Shown here in pieces: positions 52,692-58,037 of a DNA stretch of 58,037 nucleotides; the stretch's first letter is position 1; each line of letters begins with the position of its first letter. The translations under genes and the position numbers were made by a program. Origin of the DNA: a virus; IMG/VR virus record IMGVR_UViG_3300045988_081319, one strand, 5' to 3'. The notes beneath the pieces were generated by a model. That model was not told the DNA's origin, ran no database searches, and worked only from the letters and a program-made list of their open reading frames with translations.

Positions 52692-53201
52692 TTAGCAATC
52701 CGTAGTTTCGTCCATTTCGTCGTCGCTGCCGTAGCGGTCATCCAGCCAGCCAAGATACATATTGTCGTCCAGATAACCGGAATCAAGGCAGACTTGCGAC
52801 GTCGTGATGCCGTACTCGGCCAGCTTGGCTTCCACTTCCACCTTGAAGTTCTCTGCCGCCTCGCGTGTGGAGAAGGCACTTGTCCAGATGTCTGCTTCGT
52901 TGCACTCAAGGTCTTTGATTGCCACCGTGTAGATGGTCGTCCGCTGCGGCTGTTCGCCATTCAGCGCACGCAGAATAGCATGATGAGTTTCGTCTCCGTG
53001 CTCTACTTCCAGCAAGTCGCCCTCAATGGTACTGTCGGCCTTGCAGTAGTCATCGTAGCTGATCTCAAAGCCGAGCAAATCCTCCAAATGCGTCCAGCAG
53101 TCGAAGTCCAGCAGGGACAGGCCATGCTCTTTGACGTACATTGCCGCCTTGTAGTGTGGTTCGCCTTCCTTGATGTTGAGCTGTTCTTCCAGATAGCTCA
53201 T
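52692..53201 (-). CDS. Strongly acidic protein (possible DNA-mimic or anti-restriction protein)
   Basis: 169 aa with roughly a quarter Asp+Glu and an acidic tail DDRYGSDDEMDETTDC. Trimmed to MSYLEE behind GAAGGAGGG. Confidence 0.5.
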   Translation of the reverse strand: MSYLEEQLNIKEGEPHYKAAMYVKEHGLSLLDFDCWTHLEDLLGFEISYDDYCKADSTIEGDLLEVEHGDETHHAILRALNGEQPQRTTIYTVAIKDLECNEADIWTSAFSTREAAENFKVEVEAKLAEYGITTSQVCLDSGYLDDNMYLGWLDDRYGSDDEMDETTDC

Positions 53202-53217
53202 AGTTTCGCCCTCCTTC

Positions 53218-53415
53218 TCAGTAATTCCAGCTCTCGAAGCGCTTATAGGAGGTTTTGCCCTCTCCCGTTTTGTCCAGCTTGTAGAGAACCGGGAACCATT
53301 CACCGTCCGTTTCCTCATCGCGCTTGCGGCAAGCCTTGCGAACCTCAGCCATCGTGTCGCACTCAGCGAGCAGTTCCTTCTCTTCGTAGGCGTCGTACAG
53401 CTTGTACTTCTTCAC
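53218..53415 (-). CDS. Hypothetical small protein
   Basis: 65 aa, GTG start behind AAGGAGGAA. Confidence 0.5.
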   Translation of the reverse strand: MKKYKLYDAYEEKELLAECDTMAEVRKACRKRDEETDGEWFPVLYKLDKTGEGKTSYKRFESWNY

Positions 53416-53418
53416 GGT

Positions 53419-53568
53419 TCATTCCTCCTTTTGATCTGGCAGCTCCGTTGCATCGCAAGTGTCAATCAGTCCCATTTCAATCTGGTCAACAGCCTTTTCA
53501 ATCGCCTTATCTTCATTCTCTGCTTCCAGTCAGACTGTCGTGCGAATAGCAACCTTATACCGCTTCAT
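53419..53568 (-). pseudogene. Small DpnD/PcfM-like ORF interrupted by an in-frame TGA
   Basis: MKRYKVAIRTTV-TGA-LEAENEDKAIEKAVDQIEMGLID.... The ATG is coupled to the upstream stop. The in-frame TGA is at 53532..53530. Confidence 0.35.
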
Positions 53569-53843
53569 TGCTCCATCCTCCAATCGCATTCGCCACCAAA
53601 GTGAACGCCGGCATAGTAGTATTTGCCACCCACGCCCACGAACGTCAAATACCTCGCACGCCACTTGCCGTTGGCATCTTCCTTGTGGTCGTGGGCCTCG
53701 CCCAACTGAAAGCCGCAGTAGGGCGACTTGCGCAGCGGAATCGGCGGCATTGCATTCAGCATATCGTCAAAGATTTCCTCGGAAATCTCCGTGCCGGGTG
53801 CAACTTCATTCCAACTGTCCGGCATAGAATCCCAAGTCAGCAC
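53565..53843 (-). CDS. Hypothetical protein
   Basis: 92-aa ORF coupled to the upstream methyltransferase gene. Confidence 0.55.
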   Translation of the reverse strand: MLTWDSMPDSWNEVAPGTEISEEIFDDMLNAMPPIPLRKSPYCGFQLGEAHDHKEDANGKWRARYLTFVGVGGKYYYAGVHFGGECDWRMEQ

Positions 53844-55810
53844 GCAGTTTCACCTCCAATCAGCAGTGGCGCCGTTTTTGCTTCGATGATGTACTTCTCC
53901 GGCGCTCGCATGATTTCATCATACTTTTCCTTGCCTTGAAACTCATCCACTACACGTTGGCTCTCAGAATCCATATCGTCGTAGTGAACCTTGCCGTAGG
54001 TTGGAGGGAGCCACATACGCTGACGACCAACGTAGATGTTCAGCTTATCCACAATTTTCTGGTCATAGAACTTGATGTGGCACGTCCCCTTCTTGTAGAA
54101 GGTCACGGAGAAATACTTGCACGGAACGCTCGTTACGCCATTGTCCGCTGCCATTTTCAGCGTATGTTCAAGACTGGTCGGCACCGTTTCTCCGCAGTCG
54201 ATGTAATCCAATGCCTTCTCCAAATCGTCCAGCGCAGAAAAACAGCCGCGCACGTCCAAGCCTTCCAGCGTATCCTTCCAATTTCCGTGCTTGTCAGTCT
54301 TATATCCGCGAGCGAAGCAGCCGTAGGTCGGGATGACGCACTTTGAATTGACGTAATGCGCCTTATTGGTCTTCCAACCGTTGTAATAGTGGACGTTCCC
54401 ATTTTCGACGTTCTGATTGTAGCTGTGCTCCGCCGATAGCTTGTCGAAGCAATTCAGAATGGCGTCCTCCACGCCAGTAGCAATCTGCCCCACGATGCGG
54501 TCAAGCACCTGACGGATATTGAACTCCGAAAATTCGTAGTCTCGCATATGGCTGATGGTTCTGCTGTATTCGTCCCGCATAGCGGAAGTCATTTTGCTTC
54601 GCAGCTCCGGCAGATCAAACAGCTCCTGCCAGTACCGGGAACGAGCAGCACGGAGAAAGCGATTCAAGTCGCCGGGGTGGCAAATGTTGCCGCAGTGCTT
54701 GCCATTTACGCTCATTTCAATAATCGGCTTGGTGTAGTCGCCATTGCTTGCGTTATGGATTCGCGGCGCCACGCCATTGTATTTCTGCATCAATGCGATT
54801 CCCGCCTCGCAAAGCAGGTCATATTCGCGTATCAACCGGTCAATCTGATTGGCGGACGCAACCTCGTTCAAACTCGTGGTTTCAAGAGGCGTTTCCCGCG
54901 CTTTCTCCAAATCATCCCAGATGGACGTATCCGCATTCATCACGGGCATTGAGACATTGATAAGCGCGACATCCACATTCGTCTTCCGTGCAGCGCCACT
55001 AAAGCCCTTGCTGATAAAGCGGATAGATGCCCCTCGTTTTTTCAGCTCCCGTGCAAGCAGTTTCCGGCTTTTTGTGAACGGGTTGCGGATGGTTTCGGCA
55101 TTGAGGATACAGGCAATCTGCCCGCCATGTTCACACAATTCCAGCGCGTGAAGCAAGTGTTTGTCACCCTCAGAAAATGGCGGATTCATGAGAATGAGGC
55201 TGTACCGCTTGTGCGTGTGATAAGTGAGAAAATCGTCATGCACTACCCGGAAGCCCTTGCCGGTCAAAAGTGCTCGGAGATTCGGGTCTATTTCTACGCA
55301 GTCAATATCGTCCAGATCATATCTGCCGTTGCGGACGCTCAGACCGCCGCCGTTGCGTCGAATGGCACATTCAATCAGATCGCCGCGTCCTGCGCTTGGT
55401 TCGAGGATGGTTTCTACACGCTTCCAGTCAACTGCGGACAGCAGCTTTCCGGCGATTTCCGGCGGTGTCGGGAAGAACTGGCAATCGGATTCCGGGAGCG
55501 CCGCAGCGGGCGTTTTATGCAGTAGCTCATACTCTTTTTTCTTCCGAAGATACTCTCGTGCAGGTTCCACCAGAGCAACCTTCGCTTCATACAGGCTGTT
55601 GTGGCGACCGACGAATCTCATTGGCCCTCTTCCATCCGAATCCAATACCTGCGATTCGTAGTGCTTTTTGTAGCCTCCGTCCGTAATAAATTGAATGCCG
55701 CCAACCAGCTCGCCGCAGAGAAAGCAATCCCACAGCTTGTACCTGTCGCTTTTGATGTAGTTTCCGCTTTTCGGAACAATGGTCACATGGTTTTCATCGT
55801 ACATTTTCAC
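53837..55810 (-). CDS. N6-adenine DNA methyltransferase with DUF4942-like C-terminal domain
   Basis: FFPTPPEIAGKL, motif I ILEPSAGRGDL and motif IV LILMNPPF, followed by a C-terminal extension of about 350 aa. Confidence 0.75.
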   Translation of the reverse strand: MKMYDENHVTIVPKSGNYIKSDRYKLWDCFLCGELVGGIQFITDGGYKKHYESQVLDSDGRGPMRFVGRHNSLYEAKVALVEPAREYLRKKKEYELLHKTPAAALPESDCQFFPTPPEIAGKLLSAVDWKRVETILEPSAGRGDLIECAIRRNGGGLSVRNGRYDLDDIDCVEIDPNLRALLTGKGFRVVHDDFLTYHTHKRYSLILMNPPFSEGDKHLLHALELCEHGGQIACILNAETIRNPFTKSRKLLARELKKRGASIRFISKGFSGAARKTNVDVALINVSMPVMNADTSIWDDLEKARETPLETTSLNEVASANQIDRLIREYDLLCEAGIALMQKYNGVAPRIHNASNGDYTKPIIEMSVNGKHCGNICHPGDLNRFLRAARSRYWQELFDLPELRSKMTSAMRDEYSRTISHMRDYEFSEFNIRQVLDRIVGQIATGVEDAILNCFDKLSAEHSYNQNVENGNVHYYNGWKTNKAHYVNSKCVIPTYGCFARGYKTDKHGNWKDTLEGLDVRGCFSALDDLEKALDYIDCGETVPTSLEHTLKMAADNGVTSVPCKYFSVTFYKKGTCHIKFYDQKIVDKLNIYVGRQRMWLPPTYGKVHYDDMDSESQRVVDEFQGKEKYDEIMRAPEKYIIEAKTAPLLIGGETAC

Positions 55811-56043
55811 CCCTCCATTTCAATCGGCTGCTGTACGACATTTGCGGGCATCAGCTCATAATCCCGTATTTCCTCCGGCGTAAGCTGCCGGCTGTAATCA
55901 ACCGTTCCCCACGCAGAACGGTTGATTTCCGGAACAAACGGGCGGCTGCCCCACGCGCAGACAGCGATTGCGCCCTTCGGGATGCCGCCCGGCATCGGCG
56001 GGCGACACAGCGTATAGTAGCGGTAGACCTTTCCCATGTTCAC
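55807..56043 (-). CDS. Hypothetical small protein
   Basis: 78 aa with the YRYYTLCRPPMPGGIPKG motif seen in small mobile-element proteins. Confidence 0.5.
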   Translation of the reverse strand: MNMGKVYRYYTLCRPPMPGGIPKGAIAVCAWGSRPFVPEINRSAWGTVDYSRQLTPEEIRDYELMPANVVQQPIEMEG

Positions 56044-56249
56044 TTTCTCCTCTCATAGTGCTGAACCGAGCCGTCGCTGAAACCGACGTCGATTCTCGGC
56101 GGATATACCGCGCACACGCCCTTCGCTCTGTGATGGACGGCGACGATTTTACACGGAACCGCGTGCTGCTTCTCGCAGGCGGCGCACTCACTCTTGTCAG
56201 CGTAGAGCGTGCCGCAATACTCGCATTTGTACTGCTTGACTTCCTTCAT
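56040..56249 (-). CDS. Zinc-ribbon small protein
   Basis: CEYCG...CAACEKQH. Confidence 0.55.
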   Translation of the reverse strand: MKEVKQYKCEYCGTLYADKSECAACEKQHAVPCKIVAVHHRAKGVCAVYPPRIDVGFSDGSVQHYERRK

Positions 56250-56485
56250 CCCTTGACAGGCCTCCTTTCCAGATACTCGTTGCCGTTACAGTCGCGGTGC
56301 AACATGATGGTGCTCTCGCCATCAACCGTGCTGATTTCCACGCCCGTGAACTGGTCAGCGTCCAGCAGAATGTCGCCTCGGCCCCAGTGTTCTTTGACCT
56401 TTGCCACGGCTTCAGCCGCACAGTCAGCTTTGACGCTGACTGTGACCTGAAGCATCTCCGTAATCAGTACCGGGTAATTCCTCAT
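56246..56485 (-). CDS. DpnD/PcfM-like small protein
   Basis: MRNYPVLITEMLQVTVSVKADCAAEAVAKVKEHWGRGDILLDADQF. AAAGGAG RBS. Confidence 0.5.
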   Translation of the reverse strand: MRNYPVLITEMLQVTVSVKADCAAEAVAKVKEHWGRGDILLDADQFTGVEISTVDGESTIMLHRDCNGNEYLERRPVKG

Positions 56486-56499
56486 AATGATTTCTCCTT

Positions 56500-57714
56500 T
56501 CATGCCACCGCAGTGCAGCGGGTGACGATAGTCTGCTTTACTCCATCACGCTCAGAATGGCTCTTGATTGACGCTTTCAGGCGTTTCATCGGGTCAACGC
56601 ACTTCGACGAATACCAGATCAGGACGTTGCCGAGCACATCAACGATCTTGTAGAGGAAGGTGTAGCCGTAGTCGTTCTCCCACGAAGTCAGAAGGTTCAT
56701 TTCAGCCACGTCCACGGTCACGCGCTCGCCGACTTCGCCGATATAGTCCGAAGAAGTGCGCTCCCTGTTTTTCGACGCTTCCCGTTCGTCGTTCTTGCGC
56801 TTCCACTCAACGTATCGCTCATAAGCAACGGGCGCATAGGCGAGATACCCGAAATGGCTTTTCTTGCAGTAGCCACCGCGAACAAGCGCTTGCGTGTTAT
56901 TCAGCAGGTTCTTCATTGCTGCGCCATCATCAACGGCGTCGATCTCTGTGGCAAGCGCGGCGCCTTCGGCCAGCTCTTTCTCGGTGAGGGTTTCCTTGGC
57001 TCGGCCCAGCATTACGTCCTTGTTGCTGCGGGATTCACCGCTGCTGCGATACCCCTGTTCTTTCCTGACCTTGATGGCGAGCGCGAGGATTCGCGCTGTT
57101 TCATAGGCCGTCGGGACGGGCCGGACGTCGAAGTCGTAGCGCTCAACGTCAAGGCCAAGAATCAGATCAGACAACTGCTTCGCAATACCGACGCCCTGAG
57201 GGTCGATGCCGCAGTAGTCCTTCAAGCAGGTACGACCGACCTGCTTTTCGGTTCCATCCTCGCCACGCACAATGAACGTGATTCGCTGACCGTGGTTCCC
57301 GTTGCAGTGGTCGCAATGAGGCTTCAGCTTCGTCCATGCCGGATTCGCTTCATCCGAGAAAGCAGCGACGATATTGCCGCCATCCAAGTGCTCAATCTTC
57401 GCAACGACCGAGTAGTTGCCGTTCCGGATGATCTCACCCTCAATGCTCAAGTCGAAGACTTCGATCATCTGCTCGCCGACCTTGCTGTGGCTAAAGGTTC
57501 CCGTGGTATAGTCGATGCACTCTTCGTAGACGTTCCGCTTGGTGGCATAGGGTTCGCCAGCGTCTACGGTCAGACTGGTTCCATAGGCCATTGCCTTCTT
57601 CTGATAGCGGGCGAGAATCTTCAGAACGTTTTCACGCTCGCTCTCTGGAATGGTGTAGGTTTCTTTCACTTCTGGTTCCTCCTTTATGCCTTCATGGCTT
57701 TCATAACTTGTCAA
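56500..57714 (-). CDS. Hypothetical protein (404 aa) with CxHC motif
   Basis: PHCDHCNGNHGQRITFIVRGEDGTEKQVGRTCLKDYCGI. No family assigned. Confidence 0.6.
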   Translation of the reverse strand: MTSYESHEGIKEEPEVKETYTIPESERENVLKILARYQKKAMAYGTSLTVDAGEPYATKRNVYEECIDYTTGTFSHSKVGEQMIEVFDLSIEGEIIRNGNYSVVAKIEHLDGGNIVAAFSDEANPAWTKLKPHCDHCNGNHGQRITFIVRGEDGTEKQVGRTCLKDYCGIDPQGVGIAKQLSDLILGLDVERYDFDVRPVPTAYETARILALAIKVRKEQGYRSSGESRSNKDVMLGRAKETLTEKELAEGAALATEIDAVDDGAAMKNLLNNTQALVRGGYCKKSHFGYLAYAPVAYERYVEWKRKNDEREASKNRERTSSDYIGEVGERVTVDVAEMNLLTSWENDYGYTFLYKIVDVLGNVLIWYSSKCVDPMKRLKASIKSHSERDGVKQTIVTRCTAVA

Positions 57715-57986
57715 ATATCGATGCCGCCGTAGAGGTTCGCTTCGCTCCTGTACCAGTCACGCCCGTCGCTCAGGGTTTTTACGAAACGGTAGGTAACTTC
57801 GGTGCGCATGTTCTCGCGGTGATTCGTAATCTTCTTGCCGCGCATGGAGGTGCTCTCGGTGAGCCGCACTCGGATGCTCTTTTTGTTCACCTTAATGATC
57901 TCACCCTGCCATTCGGTGCTTTGGATTATGATACCGATGCAGCTTCCTTCGTAAGCTCTGACCTTCATGCCGACCTGTGCTTTCAT
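57711..57986 (-). CDS. Hypothetical protein, first gene of the accessory operon
   Basis: 91 aa behind CAAGGAGGA. Lies about 45 nt downstream (across the junction) of the promoter at 22-50. Confidence 0.55.
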   Translation of the reverse strand: MKAQVGMKVRAYEGSCIGIIIQSTEWQGEIIKVNKKSIRVRLTESTSMRGKKITNHRENMRTEVTYRFVKTLSDGRDWYRSEANLYGGIDI

Positions 57987-58015
57987 AGCTCGCGTCCTCC
58001 TTGATTGGTGGTGGT

Positions 58016-58037
58016 TTTGTTCTTTCCTACAATTATA
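58016..58037. repeat. Terminal overlap, copy 2 (identical to 1-22)
   Basis: Same 22-mer as the window start. Confidence 0.85.

Larger units (their letters stand above)
1..58037. mobile_element. Complete temperate contractile-tailed phage/prophage genome, circularly closed (unique length 58,015 bp)
   Basis: Integrase and repressor module, recombination/replication, terminase-portal-capsid, sheath/tube/baseplate and lysis cassette are all present. The two ends overlap by 22 nt. Confidence 0.9.

Noticed and set aside
53530-53532. Genome-wide TGA stop-codon reassignment.
   Set aside because: TGA terminates many well-delimited conserved genes here, including the tail chaperone, DUF488, RuvC-like, Avd, the DGR target and int, at the expected lengths. 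The in-frame TGA is therefore treated as a local nonsense or read-through event.

Overview
The window is a complete, circularly closed temperate phage or prophage genome. Bases 1-22 repeat at 58016-58037, so the unique length is 58,015 bp. The virion module is PBSX/Xkd-like with a contractile tail, and the DNA is moderately GC-rich with Firmicute-style GGAGG ribosome-binding sites. Assigning the host to Clostridia is inference only.

Nearly all genes lie on the minus strand, in units that follow near-consensus sigma70 promoters, three of them next to a terminator:
- 48984->40999: Cro-like/early genes, recombination and replication.
- 40892->34275: middle genes, SSB and a late regulator.
- 33950->138: DUF2958/DUF488, methyltransferase/ParB, terminase, portal, capsid, neck, sheath/tube, a 1783-aa tape measure, baseplate, fibres, a diversity-generating retroelement (DGR), and lysis.
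- 57986->52692, reached across the circular junction: an accessory, anti-restriction-like operon.

The plus strand carries the lysogeny block at 49093-52652: four small regulators, a nuclease-fold gene, a Phd-like gene and a tyrosine integrase.

The most unusual locus is the decayed DGR at 2871-5318. The C-type-lectin-like target gene with its variable repeat (VR), the GC hairpin and Avd are intact. Only 26 nt of the template repeat (TR) survive, and the reverse transcriptase lacks its N-terminal half and carries a frameshift. A single 33-nt type I-C-like CRISPR repeat (3446-3478, minus strand) sits exactly at the deletion junction. No cas genes or second repeat are present.

Other points:
- a 75-nt tRNA-like cloverleaf ending in UCCA, plus an intrinsic terminator, in front of a Dam-like methyltransferase;
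- face-to-face promoters in the lysis-lysogeny switch;
- a canonical A_AAA_AAC -1 frameshift in the tail chaperone;
- twelve exact 31-aa repeats in the tape measure;
- two candidate attP repeat clusters.

Everything was read by eye. Family names come from recognised motifs, not searches. Coordinates of non-ORF features were anchored to the ORF track but could be off by a base or two.
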